Below are positions 39,217-48,036 of a DNA stretch of 64,000 bases, piece by piece. The notes beneath the pieces are model-generated. The model made no database searches, was not told the DNA's origin, and was given only the letters and a program-made list of their open reading frames with translations. The stretch is taken from contig JAKSUC010000003.1 in NCBI GenBank assembly GCA_024413595.1, positions 12,307 through 76,306 on the forward strand, written 5' to 3'. The position numbers were made by a program, and so were the translations under genes. How positions within the stretch are numbered: the stretch's first letter is position 1; each line of letters begins with the position of its first letter. The DNA is from Bacteroidales bacterium (GTDB lineage Bacteria > Bacteroidota > Bacteroidia > Bacteroidales > UBA3824).

Positions 39217-41925
39217 ATGAAAATTACCTTCAGAATAAACTATCGCACATGTTATGGTCAACAATTACTAGTTGATGGAATTCCCAATCAAGGAAAAAAC
39301 TTGATGACCCCAGTAACTAGTGATGGCGAATGGGAATTAACGGTAGACTTAAAAAATTCTACAAATTTTAAATATAGATACTTAATGAAAGACAATAATG
39401 TTGTATCCACATTATATGAATATGGACAACGAGAATTTGTTTTTCCTAAGTTAAATGTAGAAAGTGTATTTGTACGCGATTTTTGGAAACCTTCAAATTC
39501 TACACAAAATGCGTTACTATCTTCAGCATTTACAAATGTGATTTTTAAAAGAGATACTAAAGAAAAAACTAATTATTTGTCAGAAACACAAGAAGATAGT
39601 TATCCTATAAGAGTATCAATCCCATTTGTAAGAGTTAGTAAAGACGATTATGTATCTGTAAAATTTATTAGTTCAACACCAGGAAACGATGTTATAGTAA
39701 AACTTACAGATGAAAAATTTCCTATATGGACAGGAGAATTGTATTTAAAAAATTTAAGTCAATATATAGGTTATGTTTATTGTATTTGCAGTAAAAAAAC
39801 AGGTAAAATATTAATAGAAGAATATGTAACTCGATATTTACCCAAAATTTCTTTTCCAGATGGTACATTTATAATATTAAACGATGAAGATTTTAAATTG
39901 CCACGTTATCCATGGAAAGGAGTCGGAGTTGCAATTCCAGTTTTTTCACTAAGAAGTAATGAGGGATTTGGAGTAGGAGAATTTTCAGATTTAATCAAGT
40001 TGATTGATTGGTCTAAAAAGGTAGGAATAAGAATGATACAATTATTGCCTATCAACGATACCATCATGACACATACATATAAAGATTCGTATCCTTACGC
40101 ATGTGTTTCAGTTTTTGCCCTTCATCCAATGTATTTGAGAATTAGTGAAATGGGCAATTTGCCATCTAAACTATCACAAGAAATATATGATGAACGTCGT
40201 AACGAGCTAAATAGTTTAGATAAGATTGATTATGAAAGAGTAATGAGTGCAAAGTTTATTTTCTTTAAACAAATATATACCGAAAATAAACGAGAATTTT
40301 TACAAGAACCAGAATATATAGAATTTTTTGAAAAAAATTCAAAATGGTTAAAACCATACGCAGTATTTAGCTATCTACGAGATTTTTATGGAACACCAGA
40401 TTATACACGTTGGGGAACATTTTCGTCTTTTAATCAAGAAAAAGTTGATGAATTGTGTCAAGAGACAAATCCAAATTTTGATGATGTAGCAATACATTTC
40501 TTTTTACAATATCATCTTCATTTACAATTGAGTAAAGTAACCAAATATGCACGAGAAAATGGTATAATATTAAAAGGAGATATTCCAATAGGAATAGCTT
40601 TAAATAGTGTAGATGCTTGGGTAAATCCACAATTATATAATCTTGAAAGTCAAGCAGGAGCACCACCAGACGATTTTTCAGATGATGGACAAAATTGGGG
40701 ATTTCCAACATATAATTGGGACGAAATGGAAAAAGACGGTTTTTCTTGGTGGAAAGAACGTCTACAAAATATGTCAAAATATTTTGATGCCTATCGAATA
40801 GATCATATATTAGGATTTTTTAGAATATGGTCAGTACCAAGAGTACATACTCGAGGTTTGATGGGTGTATTTGACCCAGCAATACCAATAAGTTCTCATG
40901 AATTTTCAGATAAAAATATCAATTTTAATTATGAACGTTTTTGTACACCATATATCCGCGAATATATGTTGCGTCAAATATTTAAAGACCAAGTAGGATA
41001 TGTAAAACATTCATTTTTAGAAGAAATAGAAGGACACGAAGGAGAATATCGATTTAAATCAGAATATGATACACAATCAAAAATAGAAAAAGCCTTTGCA
41101 ACCATAGCAGTACCATCAACAGAAGAGATGCTAATGTTCCAAAAAATAAAGCAAGGGTTGATATATTTGATAAGTGAATTAATGTTTTTCCCAGATCAAA
41201 AACGAGCAGGAGCATTTCATCCACGCCATTCATTGTTTCAAACATATTCTTACAAAGATCTTGATAATCATACAAAACAAGCCATAGCTGAACTATATAA
41301 CGATTATTTTTATAATAGAAATGAGAGTCTTTGGAAAAAACAAGCAGAAATAAAATTACCAGCCTTAACAAGTGCAACAAATATGTTGGTATGTGGCGAA
41401 GATTTAGGAATGATACCAGCCTGTGTTCCCGAAGTGATGAAAAATCTCAATATTTTTAGTTTAGAAATTCAGCGAATGCCAAAAGAAACAAGAGTAGAAT
41501 TTGGAAGAACCGCAGGATATCCATATTTATCAATAGCAACAACCTCAAGTCATGATACATTGCCCATAAGAGGTTGGTGGGAAGAAGATCATGCACGTTC
41601 ACAAAGATTTTATAATAATGTACTTGGCAAAAATGGACAAGCACCATTTTATTGTGAAACAAGTGTTGTTTATGATATTTTGCTTCAACATTTGTATTCG
41701 CCATCAATGTGGGCAATATTCCCAATACAAGATATTTTAGGATTAGACGAAAATTTAAGAAATAAATATCCCGCAGAAGAACGAATAAATGTACCTTCAG
41801 AACCCAATCATTATTGGCGTTATCGTTGTCATGTAACACTTGATCAATTGTTAAACGCAAATAATTTAATTCAAACATTAAAAATAATGCTTACAAAATC
41901 TAGTAGAGATTTAGTATATTATTAA
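39217..41925 (+). CDS. malQ: 4-alpha-glucanotransferase (GH77) with N-terminal CBM20-like module
   Basis: The track start is TTG 39115 followed by Lys-rich junk; ATG 39217 (MKITFRINYRTCYGQQLLV) fits a CBM20 start. GH77 motifs YRIDHILGFFRIW, VCGEDLGMIP, TSSHDT. Confidence 0.88.
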   Translation: MKITFRINYRTCYGQQLLVDGIPNQGKNLMTPVTSDGEWELTVDLKNSTNFKYRYLMKDNNVVSTLYEYGQREFVFPKLNVESVFVRDFWKPSNSTQNALLSSAFTNVIFKRDTKEKTNYLSETQEDSYPIRVSIPFVRVSKDDYVSVKFISSTPGNDVIVKLTDEKFPIWTGELYLKNLSQYIGYVYCICSKKTGKILIEEYVTRYLPKISFPDGTFIILNDEDFKLPRYPWKGVGVAIPVFSLRSNEGFGVGEFSDLIKLIDWSKKVGIRMIQLLPINDTIMTHTYKDSYPYACVSVFALHPMYLRISEMGNLPSKLSQEIYDERRNELNSLDKIDYERVMSAKFIFFKQIYTENKREFLQEPEYIEFFEKNSKWLKPYAVFSYLRDFYGTPDYTRWGTFSSFNQEKVDELCQETNPNFDDVAIHFFLQYHLHLQLSKVTKYARENGIILKGDIPIGIALNSVDAWVNPQLYNLESQAGAPPDDFSDDGQNWGFPTYNWDEMEKDGFSWWKERLQNMSKYFDAYRIDHILGFFRIWSVPRVHTRGLMGVFDPAIPISSHEFSDKNINFNYERFCTPYIREYMLRQIFKDQVGYVKHSFLEEIEGHEGEYRFKSEYDTQSKIEKAFATIAVPSTEEMLMFQKIKQGLIYLISELMFFPDQKRAGAFHPRHSLFQTYSYKDLDNHTKQAIAELYNDYFYNRNESLWKKQAEIKLPALTSATNMLVCGEDLGMIPACVPEVMKNLNIFSLEIQRMPKETRVEFGRTAGYPYLSIATTSSHDTLPIRGWWEEDHARSQRFYNNVLGKNGQAPFYCETSVVYDILLQHLYSPSMWAIFPIQDILGLDENLRNKYPAEERINVPSEPNHYWRYRCHVTLDQLLNANNLIQTLKIMLTKSSRDLVYY

Positions 41926-41944
41926 ACATTAAAAACAAAAAATT

Positions 41945-43216
41945 ATGACATTTCAGACTCCAGAATGGACAAAAAGTTCCAATATTTATGAAGTAAATAT
42001 ACGACAATTTACCCCCGGAGGCAATTTATTGGGATTTCGTCATCATTTGCAACGCTTAAAAGATATGGGCGTTGACATAATTTGGCTTATGCCAATATTT
42101 CCAATAGGCGAAGTAAATAGAAAAGGTTCACTAGGCAGTGCATATAGTGTAAAAGATTATAAAGCAATAAATCCAGATTTTGGAACATACGATGAATTTG
42201 ACAAAACAGTAAAAGAAATACATAAATTAGGCATGCATGTAATTCTTGATTGGGTAGCAAATCATACAGCTTGGGACAATCCATGGATAAAAAATGCACC
42301 ACATAGATATCATCACGATGAAAATGGAAACATCGTTGCGCCAAATTCAGATTGGACAGATGTTGCACATTTAAATTACGAAGAGCCTGATACCGTTAAA
42401 GCTATGATTGATGCAATGAAATTTTGGGTAGAAAAATTTGATATTGACGGATTTCGTTGCGATATGGCAGGATTGGTTCCAAATCATTTTTGGATTGATG
42501 CAAGAAGAGAATTAGATAGATTAAAACCATTATTTTGGTTGGCAGAATGGGAAAAACCAGAAATTCATGAAGCATTTGATATGAGTTATTGTTGGGAAAT
42601 GCACAATTTGATGAAAAAAATAGCTCGTAAAGAACAAAATGTTTATGATTTTGACCATTACAGAAACTACGAAATATTCAATTTTCCACCAGAATGTTAT
42701 AGAATGACCTTTACATCAAATCATGACGAAAGTGCATGGAATGGTACAGAATATCAACGTTTTGGTGATGGAGCAAAAACATTTGCAGTATTATCATATT
42801 GTTTGCCAGGTATGCCATTAATATATAGTGGACAAGAGTCGGCATATAACAATTCTTTACCATTGTTTGATAAAGTTGATATTCAATGGAATGATTATCC
42901 ATTAGAAAGTTTTTATAAACGTTTAAATGTATTAAAAACCAATAATTCCGCACTTTGGAATGGTATTCATGGTGGAAGTTTTACAAAAATTATGACTACT
43001 GACAATTGCAATATTTACGCCTTTGCACGAGTAAAGGGAAGTAATAAAGTTGTTGCAATATTCAATTTAAGTGATCAGCAAATAGAATTTTGGGCAGAAA
43101 GCGAAATCATGTGTGGCAATTATGAAAATTGGTTTGCTAATGCACCTGGAAGTTTATCTTCACGTGAACAATTTTTGCTAAAACCTTGGGAATATAGAAT
43201 TTACGTTTCAATATAA
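41945..43216 (+). CDS. Cytoplasmic GH13 alpha-amylase-family enzyme
   Basis: 423 aa with no signal peptide. GH13 conserved regions DWVANHT, GFRCDMAG, WLAEWE, FTSNHDE. Confidence 0.85.
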   Translation: MTFQTPEWTKSSNIYEVNIRQFTPGGNLLGFRHHLQRLKDMGVDIIWLMPIFPIGEVNRKGSLGSAYSVKDYKAINPDFGTYDEFDKTVKEIHKLGMHVILDWVANHTAWDNPWIKNAPHRYHHDENGNIVAPNSDWTDVAHLNYEEPDTVKAMIDAMKFWVEKFDIDGFRCDMAGLVPNHFWIDARRELDRLKPLFWLAEWEKPEIHEAFDMSYCWEMHNLMKKIARKEQNVYDFDHYRNYEIFNFPPECYRMTFTSNHDESAWNGTEYQRFGDGAKTFAVLSYCLPGMPLIYSGQESAYNNSLPLFDKVDIQWNDYPLESFYKRLNVLKTNNSALWNGIHGGSFTKIMTTDNCNIYAFARVKGSNKVVAIFNLSDQQIEFWAESEIMCGNYENWFANAPGSLSSREQFLLKPWEYRIYVSI

Positions 43217-43225
43217 AATAATTTT

Positions 43226-43259
43226 ATTCAGCTGAAAAAATTTATTTTTTCAGCTGAAT
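43226..43259 (+). terminator. Rho-independent terminator after the GH13 gene
   Basis: attcagctgaaaaaa / ttttttcagctgaat perfect 15-bp arms with a 4-nt loop. Confidence 0.75.
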
Positions 43260-43353
43260 ATTTAATAATTAAAAAATTACGGAAATTAATCTTTGGCATA
43301 TATTAACAATATTTCTTGCAGTATTAAATATATTTTTTGCTGTAATATTATAT

Positions 43354-44916
43354 ATGCGTTATCGAAAATTTAGTAAATCGCAACAATCTGTTATTCAAAA
43401 TATTAACAATAAACTTTCAGAACAAAACGAATTTATTTTTCCAGGAGGAAAAGTTGAAATGTATGAAAAACTTTTTCCTTTTTCAGATGATATATTTTTT
43501 GTTTTAGATAATAATTTAAGATTTGTTTTTGTAGGAAGTAAATTTTGTGAACTTCTTAATATCGAAAATGTATTGTTAGATAATACCCCAATAATGTGTT
43601 ATTTATCAACAGAGTCGTATATCGATTTAAAAAAAATCACCTCCCAAATCAGCGAAAAAGATGAAAATTATACAGAATTATCAGTACAATTATTAAATAA
43701 CGATAGGCAAATAGTACACGTAAAATTTAGATTAAAAAAAGTATTGTTTGAAGAAAAACATAAAACATTTTTTATGGGATTAATTCAAACAGTAAAACTA
43801 AAGCAAGCCGAATTAAATTCAGACAAAAATATTTATTTACAAGCACTAGAAGCAGGAAGTAGTTCCATAATGATAACCGATACATCAGGAATAATAGTTC
43901 ATGTAAATAAAGCATTATGTAAAAAAAGTGGTTATTTGTCAGAAGAACTTATAGGACACAAAGTAAGAAATTTTGGTTCAGGATTGATACCCAATGTAAC
44001 CGATTTGTGGATCACCACAAAAAATGGAAATGTTTGGCATGGAGAAGCCGAAAGTACAACAAAATCAGGAGAAAAATATTGGGAATTAATAACTGTTGCA
44101 CCATTATTTGATAGAGAAGGACAAATATCAAATTATGTGGCATTTAAAGAAGATATTACAACCTTAAAAGACAAATATTTATCACTAGAAAATTCAAGTA
44201 AAAACTTGTCAGAAAAAGTAGCCTTTCGTGATAAATTGTTTTCATTAATAAGTCATGATTTACGAAATAGTGTTGGTAATCTCAAGAATATCAGTATGAT
44301 ATTGAATAATGAAATAGAAGAACAAACCCCATCAACAGAATTAATTCAAAAATATTCTTCTCTTATATTTGATAGTAGTACAACAACTTATAGTATGTTA
44401 GAGAATTTATTATCATGGTCAAAAAGTCAGTTTATAAATTCAAAAACTAAATCAGAAGTTGTTGATATAGAAGATGTTATTAGACATAATATCGAAATGT
44501 TTAATAATCTTGCAGTTCGCAAAGAAATAACATTAGAATGTCAAATTGGAAATTTTACCGAAGTTTTTGCAGATTTGCAAGCTGTGAATTCGGTAGTAAG
44601 AAATTTATTAACCAATGCCATAAAATTTACTTATCCAAATGGAAAAATAGTAATATCAGTAGATGAATACGAACAAGAAGAAAACATGGCTTTGATATCT
44701 GTTGCAGATAATGGTATGGGAATGACCGAAGATCAAAAGATTCATCTATTTGAAAATAATCATCTTAACACAACAATGGGCACTTCCAACGAAAAAGGAA
44801 CAGGTTTAGGACTTATTCTATGTCGCGATTTAGTTGAAAAAAACGGAGGAACCATTTGGGTAGATTCAAATATTCCACAAGGTACAATATTCTATTTTAC
44901 GTTGCCTTTTGCATAG
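43354..44916 (+). CDS. PAS-domain sensor histidine kinase (orphan, no adjacent response regulator)
   Basis: 520 aa. PAS segments, H-box FSLISHDLRNS, N-box LLTNAIKFT, G boxes DNGMGM and GTGLGL. See the finding about a possible upstream membrane anchor. Confidence 0.85.
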   Translation: MRYRKFSKSQQSVIQNINNKLSEQNEFIFPGGKVEMYEKLFPFSDDIFFVLDNNLRFVFVGSKFCELLNIENVLLDNTPIMCYLSTESYIDLKKITSQISEKDENYTELSVQLLNNDRQIVHVKFRLKKVLFEEKHKTFFMGLIQTVKLKQAELNSDKNIYLQALEAGSSSIMITDTSGIIVHVNKALCKKSGYLSEELIGHKVRNFGSGLIPNVTDLWITTKNGNVWHGEAESTTKSGEKYWELITVAPLFDREGQISNYVAFKEDITTLKDKYLSLENSSKNLSEKVAFRDKLFSLISHDLRNSVGNLKNISMILNNEIEEQTPSTELIQKYSSLIFDSSTTTYSMLENLLSWSKSQFINSKTKSEVVDIEDVIRHNIEMFNNLAVRKEITLECQIGNFTEVFADLQAVNSVVRNLLTNAIKFTYPNGKIVISVDEYEQEENMALISVADNGMGMTEDQKIHLFENNHLNTTMGTSNEKGTGLGLILCRDLVEKNGGTIWVDSNIPQGTIFYFTLPFA

Positions 44917-45145
44917 TTTTGATTTGTGATAATGTAAATTTTATTGATTGTTTTGTTTTGAAATATAGTTGTCTAATTTTTCTAAAATAAGGTAACAGCA
45001 CTTTAATATAAAGTTACACGTTAGTCAAAAAAATTACTGCGATTCTTCATTTATTTAAAATTATATAGTTTTTATGAAAAATTTTTATTTGTATGTTTAA
45101 TAAAAAATTATTTTATTTGTGGATAAAAATAACAACTACTCATAA

Positions 45146-47980
45146 ATGAAAATATTAAATATGAGATATTTAAAAACTGCATTACTAATTTTTATATGTT
45201 TGGGAACTTTAGATTCATTAGCCCAAATAAAGATGACCGGTAAAATTACAGATTCAAATAATGAACCTTTAATCGGAGCTATACTTTCAATTGATGGAAC
45301 AGAATTTGGCGGATTATCCGATTTGAATGGAAATTATCGGTTGAATGTTCCGCAAAAATATGAAAACGAGAAAATTGTAATTTCGTATGTTGGATATTCT
45401 AATGATACAATACCAGTAAAAGCAGGTAATCTTGATATTGTATTGCCAATTAAAGCTTTAGAACAACGAAATACAATAACGTATGTAACTACTCAAAAAA
45501 GATTGCAGACCAATTTGGAAGTACCTATCACATTGTCTGTTTTAGAAGATTCAAAACTTGATAAACTTATCATAAACGATCCTCAAGAATTAAGTCTTTT
45601 TACTCCAGGATATCACAATCAAACCCAATCTTGTGTATATTCAGTAAATGTGATTAGAGGAGTAGCTTCTGATGGATCAAATAGTTATTCTTTTTTTCAA
45701 CCAAGAATTTCTGTATTTTTAGATGGAGTTTCGGTAACTCACATGGGAACAGCAAGTTCTGATATTTTTGATATGCAACGTGCTGAAATTGTGAAAGGTC
45801 CACAAGGAACACTTTTTGGTAAAGGTGCAGAATTTGGAGCTGTTAGCTATGTTACAAACAAACCTATTGACAATTTTGAAGCAAATATTCAAATGAGTTA
45901 TGGTTCGTATAAACAGAAAATAGTTCAAGGAATGATTAACACTCCAATAAATGAGAAAATAGCTAATCGTTTTGCTTTTTATTATAATGAAAGAGATGGT
46001 TATAATACTAATCTTTATGATAATAGTGATTTAAGTGGTAAAGGAGCAATTTCAGTAAGAGATATTCTTAAATGGAAACCAAACGAAAATCTAACAATGC
46101 ACTTAAGTGCAGATTATGAGCATAATGACGAACCTTGTGTTTCTTATAAAGGTAATATAATAGGAACTTTAAATAATGAATTAGATATTTCACCATATAC
46201 ATCTGCATATTTTAACGAAGATAATATTTTTTCAAAACGAGATATGGGAGGAATTAATTTTATGATGGAACATAAAATTAATTCAAAGCTAAGTTATTCA
46301 AATACAACAGCTTTTAGAATATATCAACTTAAAGAACGTTATGATTTAGATGGAACATATCGTCCAATATTTAGTGCAGATGAAATACAAAAAGGACTAC
46401 AATTTAGCGAAGAAGTAAGATTTCACTACGACAATAATAATAATTTAAGTGCATTTGTAGGAGCAAGTTATATGTTTGATAGAAATAAACATACAATAGA
46501 AATGAATACCAATTTAAAATATTCATTTCAATATCTTGTACGTCCAACATTACAATCAATAATGAATTCATTACCCGATGAAATAATAAAAGGAGTTGAT
46601 GATGCTTTAGATCAAGTGATGAGTGGATATTACAAAATGTTACCACAATATGCAAATGCAATGATGTCGGTTGTTGACAAAGTAAAAGTTGTGATGTCAG
46701 AAAAAATAAAAACACAACTTGCAGACGAATATTCAAATATGATAAATCAATCACAATGGGAAATAACACCAGATATTTATGGTAAAACCACATCTATTGT
46801 TTATGACATTATGGTTGACGCATTAAAAGATGTGTTTGCAAGTGAACCATCAGCAGATGCTTTTACTCAATATATTGATCCAGTTACAGTAGTAGAAGGT
46901 CTTGGTTTACAGAGAGTATTTTCAAATCTTCAACAATATTCAAATCTTGAAATGAAAGATAATTATCAAGAAAACGAAACAGATGAAAATATTTATCATG
47001 AAGCTGATATTTTTGCAGATGCAACGTATAAAATTACAGATAATTTATCATTTACGTTAGGACTTCGTGGAACAATAGAACAACAACGAACTTCTTATTT
47101 ATCAACAAGTGACGAAGCTCCTCTTGTAGGTGCATTTGTTTATCATGGCACAAATGGCACAAATTATTGGTTACATGATTTAGAAATTTCTTGGGTAGGA
47201 CGTGCAGTTTTGAGTTATTTGTTTGTAAAAAATAATAATGCTTATATTTCATTTTCAAAAGGACGTCGTCCTGGATCTATTTATTATAATTTTAATATAA
47301 AAGAAGCAGTAAAACTTCAACCAGAAACTTCGTTAAATTATGAATTAGGATTTAAAGGAAGTCTTGTTAAAAACCACATAAACTATACAATGGCAGGTTA
47401 TTATTATGATTGGTTGCATTTTCAAAGTTCTGTATCAACAGCAGGAATAAATGGTATAAGAAAATATGTTAATACAGATAAAGGAAAGGCAAACGCAATG
47501 GGTTTTGAAGCATCTATTGAAACATATTTCAATAATTTTGCATTTTTTGCAGATTATTCTTACATAGATGCAAAATTTACAGATAAAGATTCTGATGATA
47601 AACCACAAGAACTTGCAGGTCATAGATTTAGAATGACACCACAAAATACATTAGATTTTGGTTTTGACATTTCTTATCCAATTTTAAATAAGTTTTTATT
47701 ATATTTTAGACCATCATATTCATGGATGTCTGATATGTATTTTTCAACCGATAATACCGAAGAATTATCGCAAAAAGCATATGGCATAGCAAACTTTTCA
47801 TTAGGAGTAAATTGGACATTAAACAGAGTAACATTTGATTTGAGTTTTTATGGCAAAAATGTTTTAGATGAACAATATATAATAGACGCAGGAAATATGG
47901 GTCAAATGTGGGGCTGTCCAACATTTATAGCAGGAGCTCCATCAATGTATGGAGTGTCTCTCAAATTAGGATTCAAATAA
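45146..47980 (+). CDS. TonB-dependent outer-membrane receptor with CarboxypepD_reg-like N-terminal domain
   Basis: 944 aa with signal peptide. GKITDSNNEPLIGAILSIDGT...NGNYRL. Plug region (VNVIRGVAS, ISVFLDGV, AEIVKGPQGTLFGKGA). Long barrel ending YGVSLKLGFK. Confidence 0.85.
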   Translation: MKILNMRYLKTALLIFICLGTLDSLAQIKMTGKITDSNNEPLIGAILSIDGTEFGGLSDLNGNYRLNVPQKYENEKIVISYVGYSNDTIPVKAGNLDIVLPIKALEQRNTITYVTTQKRLQTNLEVPITLSVLEDSKLDKLIINDPQELSLFTPGYHNQTQSCVYSVNVIRGVASDGSNSYSFFQPRISVFLDGVSVTHMGTASSDIFDMQRAEIVKGPQGTLFGKGAEFGAVSYVTNKPIDNFEANIQMSYGSYKQKIVQGMINTPINEKIANRFAFYYNERDGYNTNLYDNSDLSGKGAISVRDILKWKPNENLTMHLSADYEHNDEPCVSYKGNIIGTLNNELDISPYTSAYFNEDNIFSKRDMGGINFMMEHKINSKLSYSNTTAFRIYQLKERYDLDGTYRPIFSADEIQKGLQFSEEVRFHYDNNNNLSAFVGASYMFDRNKHTIEMNTNLKYSFQYLVRPTLQSIMNSLPDEIIKGVDDALDQVMSGYYKMLPQYANAMMSVVDKVKVVMSEKIKTQLADEYSNMINQSQWEITPDIYGKTTSIVYDIMVDALKDVFASEPSADAFTQYIDPVTVVEGLGLQRVFSNLQQYSNLEMKDNYQENETDENIYHEADIFADATYKITDNLSFTLGLRGTIEQQRTSYLSTSDEAPLVGAFVYHGTNGTNYWLHDLEISWVGRAVLSYLFVKNNNAYISFSKGRRPGSIYYNFNIKEAVKLQPETSLNYELGFKGSLVKNHINYTMAGYYYDWLHFQSSVSTAGINGIRKYVNTDKGKANAMGFEASIETYFNNFAFFADYSYIDAKFTDKDSDDKPQELAGHRFRMTPQNTLDFGFDISYPILNKFLLYFRPSYSWMSDMYFSTDNTEELSQKAYGIANFSLGVNWTLNRVTFDLSFYGKNVLDEQYIIDAGNMGQMWGCPTFIAGAPSMYGVSLKLGFK

Positions 47981-48036
47981 CAAAAAACATAAATTATCTT
48001 TTTTTTAAAGATAATCTATGAAAAAAATATACAAAA

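Noticed and set aside
44917-45145. Looked for a riboswitch or attenuator upstream of the TonB-dependent receptor
   Set aside because: I could see no conserved riboswitch core (for example a B12 box or THI box) and no stable multi-helix structure. The region is AT-rich promoter-like DNA.
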